Below are positions 11,204-24,846 of a stretch of 64,000 nt of DNA, piece after piece. Both the position numbers and the translations under genes were made by a program. The stretch is taken from NCBI GenBank assembly GCA_052426225.1, contig JBNJNM010000013.1, positions 124,001 through 188,000 of the forward strand. The letters run 5' to 3'. This DNA comes from Zancudomyces culisetae HAW-14-8. Lineage: Eukaryota > Fungi > Kickxellomycota. The notes beneath the pieces are model-generated. The model had not been told where the DNA came from, did no database searches, and worked only from the letters and a program-made list of their open reading frames with translations. Numbering within the stretch: the first letter of the stretch is position 1; every line of letters begins with the position of its first letter.

Positions 11204-14200
11204 TTTGCGTTTCTATTAGTTTTATCTGTCCAAACTATGATTTTTGCAAAGCTTTTAATGTTATTGCTTCCCTTATTCCTTTCTACTTCAAAACAAGTGC
11301 ACTCCGATTTCACCCTTTATATAGCTTTTTTAAACCTCTATTCCGGCCCTTATTTTTGTTTTGTTTTAAGTTTTAAAGAGAAGAGGAATGGAAAAAGTAC
11401 TTTCACGGTTATGTAGGTAAATACCCGAATTTTTAATTTAATTCTTTCTTCTTTTTATCTTTTACCCCCACTTTACTAATCAATAAATGTATATTTGTAA
11501 AGATCAATGGGGATGGGTTTAGGCCCTCAATCCTTTTTCTTTAAATTCTTGTTGTTGTTCCCGCTAAAATAGCTCGTTGGTTTGAAGTACCAAATTGCAT
11601 AGTTTCTTGCCCAATAATACATAAATTTGTTAATTCATCATTTAAATAATTAATTTCGTATTCTCAATTTTTTTTTGTCTTCTTTGGGAATTGGCCAACG
11701 AACAGGCGCAAAGCAGGATGACTTTCCTGAAGCTATTGGGTTCTACGCTTGTGATTACTAACAACATTAATTTGCAAACCAGAATTTGTGCAACGTTTTG
11801 AATGGTTTTAGAACATCATTTGGTAGCTTTTGTTTAGAAAAAATTTTCTTTCTAAATTGACATGGAAAAAAAATTATCGCAAAGAAACTCAACATAGTTT
11901 ATTGAAAACTGATTTGCTATAGCTCAAAAAAAAATTTTTTTCTCGAACCCCCCCTAAAAGGAAAAATCTAATTAGTACAAAAAGAAAAAGTAGCATTTTA
12001 TATTTTAATAGTCCTAAATAGTGTTGATATCCGCAGCGGTACTTGGAAATATTCTCTATATGAAGATACATACCCTATCATGTTTCAAGTACATAATTAA
12101 TTAAAGCATTTGAAGGCAAATTAATTTAATGGTATTTGGCGCACATTAAAACATCAGCTGATTGGTGGCGAGTCAAACTAGTTACAAAACAAGATTAAAT
12201 ACAATGAGGACCTTCTCGGTGACGAATATTCAGTATTTATATATAATGAACAAGGAACTTTTGGTATTTGGGTGTAAAATGACCGTCCTTCGCAACGAAA
12301 TCCCAGCGTGCTGTTGGCGGAGCTTCTATGGAAAATACATTTACTCGAACATTTTTTTTCTCGAGTATAAAAAAATATAATCTACGAACTTATATCTGTT
12401 TCACAAGGCTACTGTGCATCACACTGTGAGCATATGTACTAAAAATACTTGAAGTCTTTGTGCTGTAAAATATCGTACACTGCCACATGACTACTTTCAC
12501 TTACGATGGGTTTGGGCTCATTATAGTTGATTGCTTTTGGGACTCAGCAGATGGATAATATTATCAGCTTTGAATTTTTTTTGAGGTTGGGATGCTATGG
12601 GTAAGAGAGAGAACAGGGTGCTGTACATTCAGAAAAAAGTCACAGATTTACTTGATTTTTTCAATACCCTTTTTTCCTTTACACCAGAAAGACGATTTTT
12701 ACCTGCCTTGTTCAATTTGCATCCTCACCAATAGCAACTCTGGTTGTTGCTTAATATAACCTTTTCCAAGCAAGACGCAAATGATAAATCAATTTTATTG
12801 TTTATAGATTGGTATTAGCTTGTGTCACATAGATTGAATTCACACTAACCTGTAACATGAATAAAATCTAAATACCGTTTCATGTGTTATATATGCGCAT
12901 GTTATGGTGATTATATACATTGCTCTGAATCATGTTGTTAGCCGAAGGAAACAGTATATCTTGGTTTGATAACAATCAGACGAATAAATGTTACGCCATC
13001 AAGTGATAAGAGCTATCTTAGGACGTTCTGTAAAGGCTGTGACACCATATATCTTATTTTGGATAGGCATCATTATTACTAATAATTCGGGCCTTTAATC
13101 TTGAATACTCAAAAGCAGTGTGTATATTTGAGAAGCTTAGATATTTCTAATGGTCGAATTGGGTGAGAGTAATCAACTCAAAAAATGTGTACCCTAGTCA
13201 ACGTAAAAATTGAACCATCAAGTGAAAATGATTAAGGAATATGCATACTACACATCTACATTTACATTAATTCTTATAACAGCGCACATTCTTACAATAG
13301 TTGTGCAGAACTCGTTTCAAGGTGGCTATGACGTGTATTTTTCAGTATTCATCAATAATTTATCAACCGACTCCTCTCACCCCCCCCGCCTCAATAATCA
13401 GATTGAGCACACAGAAATAGCGCTGAAGTTAATGGTAGGTACCTCAAGGGGTATTTGCTGATGCCACACATAGTAGTACCAGTCATTGGTGGCTCTGAAT
13501 ATGGGGTTGAAGTTTATAATCTTTTTCTTTTAACTTTTATGTATTCATCAATCCTTATTTATCAAGTATTCAATTACTAATAACGGTTTTCTTGTGTTGT
13601 TAATAAAATATTATATATCAGATAATAATAGTGTAAAGACTCCGTAAAAAACTCTTATCTCTTCTCTAAAAAACCTTCATCTTTACTATAAATATGGCTA
13701 ACTATATTAATAATGATCATAAAATTAGAGTGAAACAGGGGTACAACTGGAATATGAAAATGATTCCCACTGTACCAGAACAAACAATAAACTAACAGTA
13801 AGATTGCAATTAAAAATGCATGTCTCGCAAACAAAGCCTGGCTAAAAGCCCAGAGCTATAGAAATATCTGCTAGTTGCCAAATAATTTCTGGAAAAATAG
13901 AGAATGAAGTACTTCAAAATGTTCTTCCTTCGCAGGTAAAAAGCTGGCAGGCTTCATGAGTAAAATGAATGGATGATGTGTAAGAATAATGAGACGGGGA
14001 TGAAGCATTGCGAATTGGGTGAATAAAGTAAATCTGGCTTGATATAAGGGAATTTGAAAAATGGTACAACTTTATGATATATAATAAGATGTTGGTAGCA
14101 ATAAAACAATTAATTTATCTTGTGAAGATGAAAAGGAGCAAAAATAAAGTCATCAAATTTACTGATGCACTAAATTAAAAGAAAAAGATCCGATAAATGA

Positions 14201-14936
14201 AACCCAACTATCATCACTTGCATTTGTACTCCTTAGCATGTAGGTACACTTTAAGTATTTATCCATTATAGCAAGTACTTTTTTTTTCTCTTTAAAATTC
14301 ATAGTTACAATCACTCACCCTCCAGGCTGAAGTGGGTTCCAAAGATGAGCAAATTGATCAAGTTACTGTCAAAGGAATCGCTTTACTGCATTAATTTGAA
14401 CAATTGGTATGCACTGTGGAGGGTGTTAATAGTAACCCAATTTCTGCCCTTTCTTTGTTTTTTCGTCAATATAACAAGTACAGTAAAGTCACAGACCTCA
14501 TCCAGAAATAAAAAATCATGTAATAAAAGTGCTAGCAAAGCTAGATTATGCTGGAATAAAGCACCACCTGAAACCAAAAAACGGCATCGTTTAAAGCACA
14601 ACTGTTTCAGAAGGGTTTGTTGTCATGAAAGTTTTCAAACCAGTTATTTTTATTGATATTAAGCTTGAGCAAATCAGCCTTGTTAACGATTATGATTTAT
14701 TAACTGGATGAATATACATTGATGGCCAATGGATGCGAAAATTGCAGGCTTATGCGGTATGCCTATGGGCTATTATAAACTCTAAAAACATTACATGTGC
14801 GAAATAATGAATAAACGAACCTCGTATCTCCGAAATCTCACTTAGTCGATGCCAAAATAAACTAAGGAATTTTTTTATAAATACAGCAACAGCGCAAGCC
14901 AAAAAAAAAAACCATCTAAATTCAACTTTTTCAAAG

Positions 14937-15860
14937 ATGAGTGCAGCAACAAAGTTAGTCAAGCTAAATAACGGGCTTGTGATTCCCAAGCTGGGATTAG
15001 GTACCTGGCAGCAGACCGACACTGAACTCCTAAAGGGACTCATTAAGGATGCGATAAAAATAGGATACAGACACATTGATACCGCAACTGTATACAAAAA
15101 TGAAACTGCAATTGGAGAGGCACTCCAAGAGGTGTTTGCTGATGAGACTGGTGCATACACTAACGGATCAGGGCCAAATGGGAAAATAGTAAGAGAGGAT
15201 ATATGGGTCACGAGCAAACTTCAGCCAAGGGATCAGGGTTATGACAACACAATTGCAGCTGTCAACAGCTCTTTGAAAAAGTTGAACCTGAATTATATTG
15301 ATATGTATTTGATTCATTGGCCAGGAGTTGGAGGGTGTGATCCACAAGATCCAAAACAGATCGAGATTAGAAAACAAAGCTGGCTTGCCTTGGAAAAGTT
15401 GGTTCAAGAAAAGAAGTTGCGCTGTATAGGAGTTAGCAATTATCAAATCAAACACTTGGAGGAGATGAATGGATACGCAACAATCAAACCAGTGATTAAC
15501 CAATGCGAGTTCCACCCTCTTTTGTTTACAAAAGACTTGTTAGACTACTGTGGTGCGAATGGGATACAGTTTGAAGCGTATTCCAGCTTAGGCGAGGGAA
15601 ACTTGGTGAACGGGAAGCATAATATTGAGGCTGTTGAGGATATAGCACAAAAGCTGAAACTTTCGCCTGCCCAGGTATTGTTGGCTTGGGGACTACAGCA
15701 CAACGCTATCGTTCTTCCAAAATCCAGCAGCAAACAAAGACTGATTGCCAACTTTGAAAGTCAATTTGCTGAGATTCCTGAAGAGGATATGAAGAAAATC
15801 GATGCTGTTTCAAAAAGCAAAACAGTGAGATTCTGTTGGAATCCAACAACCGTCATTTAA
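14937..15860 (+). CDS. Aldo/keto reductase
   Basis: Motifs IPKLGLGTW, GYRHIDTATVYKNE, VTSKL, DMYLIHWP, IGVSNY, NQCEFHP and LPKSS. Confidence 0.96.
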   Translation: MSAATKLVKLNNGLVIPKLGLGTWQQTDTELLKGLIKDAIKIGYRHIDTATVYKNETAIGEALQEVFADETGAYTNGSGPNGKIVREDIWVTSKLQPRDQGYDNTIAAVNSSLKKLNLNYIDMYLIHWPGVGGCDPQDPKQIEIRKQSWLALEKLVQEKKLRCIGVSNYQIKHLEEMNGYATIKPVINQCEFHPLLFTKDLLDYCGANGIQFEAYSSLGEGNLVNGKHNIEAVEDIAQKLKLSPAQVLLAWGLQHNAIVLPKSSSKQRLIANFESQFAEIPEEDMKKIDAVSKSKTVRFCWNPTTVI

Positions 15861-15976
15861 GCCTTTATTTAATCTTTATTTAATAGCTTTAGCGATTTTC
15901 TTTTACATTATCTTTGGCTATGAATACTAAATAAAAGCTAAAATAAAAAAGACAAAGGACAATAAAAAAAACGACT

Positions 15977-17915
15977 TTAATCGATTTTGATTGAGCCGTA
16001 GATCTTGTACACAAAGTAATGGCTCGCCACAAAGCCAATAGAGCCAGTAAAGATAAAAAATAAAAATGCCGTGATAAAAACCCATCCAAAGTACAGGACT
16101 ATCCCAGATAGATATGTCAAGTTGAGGTGATTGAAGTAAAAGATGATGCCATAAAGCAGGACGTAAAATGCCGAAGAGCCTCCAGTAATGAAAGAAAGCC
16201 ACCACCAGTTGTAGTCTTCTGCGCAAAGAGTGAAATATACCATGAGAATGGTTATCTCAGCACTAGTTATGACCAGAATGATAAAAACCAGAAATAGGAA
16301 TCCAAACATGTAATAAATGCGGTGAAACCAAACGCTGTTCATTATATAGTAGAGCTCGACAAAGATGGCACAGAATGGAATTACACCACCAATAAATGTC
16401 ATAATTACCGGACTTAGGTACCAAGGTTTATCAGGAACTTGTCGAGGAATTTGGTTTGTTCGTACGGGTGGCTCAAGCTTTCGTTTCCGATATCCATAAT
16501 ACGAACCCAACAGTGACAATGGGGTATTTACTACAAACCAGATAGCCACCATTTTAAACAGTGTTGAGATGGGAACAGCCGCTGAAGAGTCACGGAGTAA
16601 CAAGATCGAGTTAAAAACAAGAATGGCACTGAACGTAATTAGAGGTACAAAAAAGATTGTCCACATGATAACTTTTCTTCGCTTGTTTCCACCATAAGAC
16701 TTGTACAGCCGAGCTGAACTAAACCCTGAGGCAAAACCAAACAACATATACAGGCCAATAACTGTGTTGGCCAATGAACCTCTGTTGGAAGGTGACAGGA
16801 ACCCCAAAACTGCAAACGTCAGAGTCGCAAAAACCATATACAACAGCTGATAGCCGCTACCAACCAACACACTCAGCAATCCAATTCGCCGTGGCGGACG
16901 AAATACGTCTGTGTGTACCAGCTTCCATCCAAAGTCCTCTGCCATGAAATCATTGCTGTTTTGGTTGTATTGGGAAATATCTTTTCTAAGCGTTCTAATA
17001 AACACAAGCCAAACCATCAATGTCAGCAGTATTACCATAACCACCGAGGACACCAATCCAATCCAATGAATCTGTGGATTTCTAATTGATAAATAACTAT
17101 CCCATCGCGTTGCCCATGTCACCGATGAGCTTTTCCATTTGATGCTATATGTATACACAACTGTATTTTCGCTCGCTTCGTCTAATACCATGGTTTCTGT
17201 CGAACCACAATCAACGGTTTCTCCATCCAGTTTCGTATTTTTGCTAAAATTATGTACACACCGAAATAAGTAAAGTTATAACTAAAATTTTCTTTTCTAA
17301 GCTTTACCTTGAAGGGTATACCGACACTCCGACCACTCGATAGCTTTTTTTGTTTGTCTCATGGTAATCAATCTCTATGTCATAGTGGTTGTGCAGTTGG
17401 ACTTGTTTAGCTTCACTAACACTACCTATGGGAAACCCGAGATCAACTACCCGCTTTTTTCCATCCACAACCGCGGTCATTGCAGCTTCTAACCCGTCCA
17501 CTAGCCAGCTCATCTTGTATCCATTTTTGATTCTATCATTTATGAACTTTGCCCCTGATTTTGGGACGGAGGCTTGGCATAACAGTTTGCATTTTTCATC
17601 TTTGAGCATAAACAGCTCAAAGCCTGATTTATATATCCTATCCCCAAGTAATACCGAGCCTATAGACTCGTGTTCTTGCTCTGGTATCCCCGTCTTTGGT
17701 TTGCAAAAGTAGAAATTCTTGTGGTAGTAATCATATGGTATTATAACCTTAACCTTATTCTTATCTGTAACGGCTGGAACTATAGAATTCACTTGCAAAT
17801 CTACTTTATCTCCTTCCAGGTAATTTATTGGTGCCAGTCCTGGTAAGTAGAATCCATTGATTGTAACCGTTTGAATCAGCGCTATTGCCGTCAATATACT
17901 TTTGAGATTTTTCAT
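15977..17915 (-). CDS. EMP70: Transmembrane 9 superfamily (nonaspanin, Emp70/TMN) protein; exons ~17308-17915 and 15977-17243
   Basis: Signal peptide then FYLPGLAP, ESIGSVLLGDRI, WATRWDSYL, IHW, GWKLVHTDVFRPP, PVRTNQIPRQVP, EDYNWWW and C-terminal IYGSIKID. Confidence 0.95.
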
Positions 17916-18668
17916 TCTTTCATTAACTTTATAGCCGTTTACCGTTTTTGCATTAATTTTCGTCTTCTTCAATACTACTCGCTTTTGATTGTGAATCACT
18001 AGTATGTGTTGTTTCTAAGTTTGTATAGCTGTGATATCTATTTCAATGTTTACAAGAATTGGAGGTTGATTGGTATCTACAAAAGACTACTTCCTCGTCC
18101 TTGTTTCTACGTATTTTGTCGCTATAATCTTTCTGAAAGTTAAATGAGTACATGCAATATATCTACACTAACCCTGAGTGTCTGCTCTAAACACGTCTTC
18201 CTTGATTTCAATAGTTTGTTGTCGTTCTAAATTGACATACTAAAATGTTTGTTTTTTTTTTGCAGCTTTTTAAAGGCTATTAATTATTTCCAAATTGTAT
18301 TTTCTATGCATTTCTCATGAAATTTATTCGTTGAGCTTTTGGTTTCCAAGAAAAAATACATACATTCAGCCTATTGTGCAGAAAATCACAAGATTGATAA
18401 TTCTGTTCAATTCTTCCTGGTAAAATTTTTCCAACCAGTCAAGTATCTAGTAATTAGTCCCTCATCTTTTTCCATCTCTCTTTTTTGGGTCGATGCAATT
18501 TTTAATCTGATTGGAAGACTAATCTACAAACCCAGCTTTGTTTTAAGTGATGAGTATGATAAATGCAAAATGAAAAAAATATCCACCCTCCTCCCCAGTT
18601 TCGCGCTTGTAAACCAATATATTAAATCAGAAAATTTAACAACACAACAATCTTACCACTAAGCTACA

Positions 18669-19451
18669 ATGTTTGAGAGAATAAGAAATAAAACTGTAGT
18701 GATAACCGGTGCTTCATCAGGGTTTGGAAAAAGCATGGCACAAATGTTTGCTCGTTACGGAGCACATGTGGTGATCTTTGCTAGGCGTTTAGATCGACTA
18801 GAGGAGATAAAAGCCGAAATTTTAGAGACCCATCCTACTGCCAAGGTACATGCAGCAAAAATGGATGTTTCAGAAAAGAACTCTGTTGTGTCAGCCTTTG
18901 CAAACCTGCCTGAATGGGCCTCAAAGCCTGATGTGCTTATTAACAATGCGGGTATAGGAATAGGTTTTGACACAGTCGAAGAAGTTTCCGAGGATGTAAT
19001 CGAAAAAACACTCAAAACAAATGTTTCTGGTGTAGTTTTTTGTACGCAACAAGTATTACCAGGAATGAAGGAAAGAAACGAAGGAATGATAATTAACATA
19101 GGCTCAATATTGGGTCAAATTTCAATACCAAATATAAGTATATACTGTGCTTCTAAGCATGCTTTGAGAGCTATCACAGACTCTTTGCGGATAGAAACCA
19201 ACTCAACAAAGATTCGAGTGGCAGAAATAGATCCTGGAATGGCCAAGACCGAGTTTAATCTTGTTAGGGTTGGATATGACGAGGAAAAGGCACAAGAGAT
19301 ATACAACGGACTGGACGCTATGTCCCCCGAGGATGTTGCAGAGCTAGCTCTGTTTGTTGCAAGCAGACATCCACGCTGTGTAATCAGTCACTCTACACTT
19401 TTACCACAAGCCGAAGCAAATCCATTTGTAATAAGAAGAGAGACGGAGTAG
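18669..19451 (+). CDS. Short-chain dehydrogenase, NADP-dependent 3-hydroxyacid dehydrogenase (YdfG/YMR226C-like)
   Basis: TGASSGFG, ARRLDRL, NNAG, YCASK (YxxxK) and IDPGMAKTEF. Confidence 0.92.
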   Translation: MFERIRNKTVVITGASSGFGKSMAQMFARYGAHVVIFARRLDRLEEIKAEILETHPTAKVHAAKMDVSEKNSVVSAFANLPEWASKPDVLINNAGIGIGFDTVEEVSEDVIEKTLKTNVSGVVFCTQQVLPGMKERNEGMIINIGSILGQISIPNISIYCASKHALRAITDSLRIETNSTKIRVAEIDPGMAKTEFNLVRVGYDEEKAQEIYNGLDAMSPEDVAELALFVASRHPRCVISHSTLLPQAEANPFVIRRETE

Positions 19452-19779
19452 TATCTTTTTTATTTTTGCCTTTATCTTGTGAGTGATTCCACCATGTCTG
19501 TTAACCAAAAAAATCAAATAAATAAACAAATAAATAATTTAAGGCATGATATAATCGAGCGAATGTATGGGTAGGTTGCAATACAAAGCTGATAGACATT
19601 GAGTAAAGGAGTCGCTCTCCGGTTATATTACTTTTACAATGTTGTTATCATTATTTGGTGGTCTATATTTTGTGTTTACCAAATCTTACAAAAACTACTT
19701 TTAAATGAAGCTAAGCAGTAAAAGTAATAAATAGCTGAAAGCTAAACACACAACTATTTCAATAATGGCCTAGGAGTAG

Positions 19780-21066
19780 TTATAGGGCTTTGATAGCGGT
19801 AATAGAAGAACCACATCGCAAGCAAAATGTGGACCCTCCCTCGTTCATCATTTTTGCTTTGATGCAAATGTAGCAGTATATATGGCTACAGTTTGTAATG
19901 TATGGCCGAATAACAGTGCTTGATTTTTCAAAAGGTTCAGTTGGAATAAATCCAGGAATACTTTGCTTTTCTTTTTTCTCGTTCACATAACATATCGCAC
20001 ATACAGACTCATCAAGGGCCTCAACGTCTGGCTCTGTATACACCGAAGGCAACCCCATTAACCTTCTTACAGTTATTTTCGCATTGCTTTTTAGTTTTTC
20101 AAAGTTTACCAGTGGTGTTATGAACATAAGAAATTCCTAAGTTTAAAAACGTAAATATTACGATATTGTTTGCATTTGAAAAAATCCAACAAGATATACA
20201 AGTGATTGGAAAAGACACTTACTGTGAAAGCATGCCACACCATCTGTCTATTCATAAACTCGAAGCTTATGTTTTGCAAGTATTGTGGTCGTCCGTATCT
20301 CAGTTTTAGTCCGAATATCCTCTCCAAAACTGATTTGTATCTAATATTGCAGTAAAATCAACTCATAAGAAAACGTACAAAAAAAAAAGATGAATATAAT
20401 AATGCCCGCTTCAAAATTAAAACCATTTTTTATGCCGAAAAGATATATATTCGAGACTTACTTTCCGTTACTGATAAACATCAAAAAGTTCAATAATGTA
20501 GCTGCTCTATAGATTTTTTCTATGTTTTGTATCTGCCTCCAAATATAATTTTTCAAAGTCCCCCTAGAATATTCGGCCCATCTGTTATCTGAAACGTGTG
20601 AGCTGAGCTTTTCCCAAAGATAAGCTCCCCCGACAAGTGTCATCGCGTACAAATACAACTTTTTTTTAACCACTTTGGATCCCTTGCTGTAGGTCAGGTT
20701 CTGTATTTCTTGACCATACGTGGCATTTTTTCCTGAAGAAAAGGAAAGATAAAACAGCATCGCCTGCAGAGCCGCAGAGATTTCAGGTTTGTACCTGTTC
20801 AATATTCTAGGATCAAAATGTTTGAATGATTCATAGAGCGGTTCTTGTAAAATATTGTTGACTTCTTCATCCAAAAGTTCCGAATCGAGCTTGTTTACTC
20901 GTCCTGAAATATACAGTAAATCTCTGGAAGCCTTCGTGGATTCAGTGTATGAACTAGGTCTAGTACTGGTTTCTCCAAGTCCATTTTCCAAAGCCAAGTT
21001 CGACATGACATTTTCCCAGGAATTGTTACCACGCTGGGTTATGTGTCTATTTGGTCTTCTATCCAT
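19780..21066 (-). CDS. PEX2: Peroxisomal RING peroxin Pex2; 3 exons (~20463-21066, 20224-20341, 19780-20137)
   Basis: RVNKLDSELLDEE, ATYGQEIQNL, NFLMFISNGKY.SVLERIF, ISFEFMNRQMVWHAFTEFL and C-terminal RING CAIC...CSHIYCYIC...CLRC. Confidence 0.93.
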
Positions 21067-22310
21067 ATGCTCTGCTTTTAAGAAAAGTACTTCACAGTTT
21101 GTGTGTCTTCAGTGATACAAAAATGTTTGAACTGCAGTACATAGTTTTAATATATTTCAACAGGTCTTATTTTTCCAAAACAGCACATTTTTATTAAAAC
21201 TGATTGGTGATGATTCTGCTATGCTTTTGAAAATTTATGTAATATTTTTCAGAAATGAAACTAATTTATATTTATCAAATGCAACTAAAAAAGGACGGAC
21301 AAATAAATGAAGTGAAATGAAAAAAATAGAAAAAATAGAACAAAATAGGGATAAGTTTGATAGTTCCTATCCTTGTTTCAGGAATAATTGCTACACTTGA
21401 ATAATAAATAGATTTCTCAAATGCCAACTTTTGCACTATAGGTCCCCCCCCCCCTTGTTATCATTTATTATTAACTTTAAACATAAGAGAAAGGTTGAGG
21501 GAGGGGAAGATAAATCTGAGAGAAGTTGGAGGGTGAGGGGGTCAAATGGAATGAGCAAATAAGAGGCAGAAAAAGCAGTTTCTATTGCAATGCAGGCTCA
21601 TCCAGTTTGTGTACTTTTCAAGTATGGCCAGATCTACAAACTATACCGTTTTATTAATTTTTTGCTGCAATTTTGGAAGGTATCCAATTCGGATATGGTG
21701 GTTTTTCCTTTCATTGTAGTTAGAGCCCTAGTTTGGATCTGTTCATTACTAAAATGGGATGAAAATCATCCTTTTTTCACCTTATTAATTGGTAACTTGA
21801 AATTGAAATGCGAAATAATTGGTTTTGTAGAAGGGATAAAAAAAATGGGCATCTTCCAGAAGGTTTACCAAACCCTGCATTTCTCTATATATATTTTTTG
21901 TTTTATTTTCTGACATATTGTTGCAGCTACTATTATGATCACCATTATCAATACCACTACCACTACCATCACAGGAGCTAGTATCACCAGCACCAGCATC
22001 AGTATCAGCATCAAAATCAGCATTACCACTACAAGTACCAGTACCAGTACCATGCCATTAGCGTTCTTGCCATTTTTTTTACAAAATACGCAAAAAAAAA
22101 ATACAGGGTAATTTTCCAATTTCTGCAGGAGTTCTCCATTAAATCAATCAACATCAAAAAAATTTTCCAGCTTAACAATTTATTATTTTTATTTTAGGTG
22201 AGGAATATGCATTTTCTAAGGACATGAAGCTCAAAATAAAACTCATATACCTAGATAATAATTACGCATAACTCAAAATAAACATACGAGACAAACCACG
22301 AGATAAAGCG

Positions 22311-24136
22311 ATGCCAACATATGAAGATAACATTGAGTACACACAGCCCACACAGCCTATAGAGGAGTTCACACAGGCCGTTGACGAGGAGCAAGAAAAT
22401 GGGAACGACGAAAATATAATAGGAACGCTGGTAAGGATCAACGGAAATTTAGTTCAAGACTATAACCTGTATTTAGAAAAGATAGTGGTGATAGGAAGAC
22501 ATAGAACATGCAACATTGTAGTAGATAGCTCGTACTCGTCAAACAAACATTGTAGAGTAAAGGTAACAAAATCTCCAGGAACTGAAGACTTTGTTGTAGT
22601 TTGTGAAGATTTGAGTTCGAATGGTACGTTATGGAACGGCAAAAAGATAGGAAAAAATAACAAAGTTATCTTGACACATGGGGATACATTGGAAATCAAA
22701 AAAGGAAACTACATTACTTTTTTGCTGAAAAGCAAATATCTCAAGAAAAAGTCAGAACAAGACAAACAACTAGACATTAGTAGCATGTACCAGATCACAG
22801 ATACTGAGTTGGGCTCGGGAACATTTGCAAAGGTAAAGCTTGCAATACGAAAAGATACGCAGGAACAGGTAGCGGTGAAGATAATGGACAAGGCCAACAA
22901 TCGGAATCCAGGCTCTATAGGTGGCGGAACCAATTATATAGACGAAGTAAACCTACTTCGTGCATTTGATCACCCAAATATAGTCCGGGTGTTTGATGTT
23001 TTGGAAACGGAAAAGCAAGTATATATATTTATGCCATTGTAAGTGACCATAGGATTATATTTCGGTACAAGTATATTTCAATAGTGGTACTAAATATAAT
23101 GGCAACTGTAATTATAATAGGCTCAGGGGAGGAGACTTGTTCGATTATATCCTAAACAACGTCAGTTTGACAGAAGAAGAGACCAAATTTATTACATACC
23201 AGATACTCCTTGCATTGAAATATTTGCACGAAAGAAATGTATCGCATCGGGATCTGAAGCCAGAAAATATATTGATGCTGTCAAAAGATCAACCATACTC
23301 GATAGTAATGTTGAGCGATTTTGGGATGGCTCGGGTTATTGGTGGACAGGGTGCCAGAATGCAAACCATCTGCGGAACGTTTCAGTATATAGCACCAGAA
23401 GTGATCAGGACAGGAATGGATGCAGAGAGCATAAGGAATGGAAACACTAGTAATGGAGCAGGTAGAGGATATAGTAAAGCTGTCGATTGCTGGAGTTTGG
23501 GAGTCATAGTTTATGCAATGTTATCAGGTATTGTTTCTTTAGTTAATTTAAATATTTTATTTTATCCAACGTCCGCAACGAAACTTTATATTTATAAAAC
23601 TAGGGATGCTCCCATTTTCTTCCTCCGAGGGAGATGACAACACGTTGTTTGCACAGATTTTAAGTGGAAATGTCGATTATTCTCTTGATGCGTTTAGTAG
23701 TGTTAGCGATAAAGGTATAAACCCCCCCCCCCCCCACACTTCATCCATTTATTGATTTCAATCAGCTACCCACTTGTATTTTCACCTTACTTTGTATATT
23801 GTAAAATTTTTAACTACATACACATGTAATTAATATGGTAAAAATGGATGTAATATAGCTATAAGCTTCATTTCAAGGTTGTTACAAGTGAACCCACTAA
23901 AGAGAATGACTGTACATGAGGCATTTGAAGACCCATGGATGAAACCTGTGCTAAAAGATCTAGCACAACTGTACCAACATCGACTAAAGAAACTCTGCAG
24001 CCCACCATCACTCAAGGCTGAATCCAAAAAACGCCCAATCGAAGTGGCGTCTTCGAGCTTGGAAGGCAAAAACGTATTCTTTGAATCTCACCAGATGTCT
24101 CCTCCTCTAATAAAAACCAAGAAACTTCGCCAATAA
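22311..24136 (+). CDS. FHA-domain Ser/Thr checkpoint kinase (Chk2/Cds1/Dun1/Mek1 family); exons ~22311-23038, 23121-23527, 23604-23714, 23859-24136
   Basis: N-terminal TQ cluster, FHA motifs (IGRH..C, SNKH, DLSSNGT) and kinase motifs GSGTFAKV, VAVK, HRDLKPEN, DFG, APE and DCWSLGV. Confidence 0.93.
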
Positions 24137-24575
24137 CCCTTAGAATGATAACTTTTTCTTATTTAGCACTCGAAATCATTTTAGTCTATTTATCTAATGT
24201 GCAATACATATATTTGCTCTACTTTTAGTGCAGTACACTATTTCAGGCAATTTTTACCATCGTTTTCGAGATTAATAAAATTTGTATTACTTTTTGTCTA
24301 GTTGTTCCAGAAGGCTAAAAGGACAAATAAGTGCTTCATCCACATTTGTTTTTTTTCTTTTCACTTTAATTGGCTAGGTAAGCTACAATTCTTGTCATTT
24401 TGCACCATTAAAAAAAATTTTTTTTAGCGTCAAATTCTCCTGCTGGAGACTTTGTCCAATCTAGACAAAGCTCCCAACAGAATGAAAATGTAGCAGGAAA
24501 AAATTGTGTACCATTGAAATGGGCTGTGATAGTTACCAAGCTAAATGGTGTTTTGCTATTTGCATAGAGGAACTT

Positions 24576-24610
24576 TTATTTTATTTTATTTTATTTTATT
24601 TTATTTTGTT
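24576..24610. repeat. (TTTTA)n pentanucleotide microsatellite
   Basis: Direct repeat visible upstream of VMA3. Confidence 0.85.
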
Positions 24611-24846
24611 TTACTTTTGCTGAGTTGTAGAATTTTTATAGTTTCACGGCAAATAATAAAAATAAATGATAAAATAAAACAACAATTAAAAAAAAAAGCT
24701 AGAAAACTAAATTAGCCACCAGAAATTCAAAATAATAAAGCAGCAAATAATTAACCTTCCAGGTTTATGCTAATATTTTTTTTTCACCTTTAGTGTTTCT
24801 TAAAAGAAAGTTAAACAAATAATAAAAGATCCCTTAGATTATAACA

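Noticed and set aside
14540-14690. Minus-strand frame with TGA-AAC-AGT-TGT (UxxC-like), checked because some early-diverging fungi use selenocysteine
   Set aside because: There is no start codon or convincing exon structure, no thioredoxin-fold context and no SECIS-like element. No selenoprotein or tRNA-Sec was seen elsewhere in the window.
11204-14936. 3.7-kb intergenic region between ZRT1 and the AKR gene with short ORFs, near-open frames (~12160-12380, ~13730-13960) and a ZRE-like ACCTCAAGG at ~13441
   Set aside because: No recognisable protein or transposon motifs. The ZRE-like word is imperfect and more than 2 kb from the ZRT1 start.
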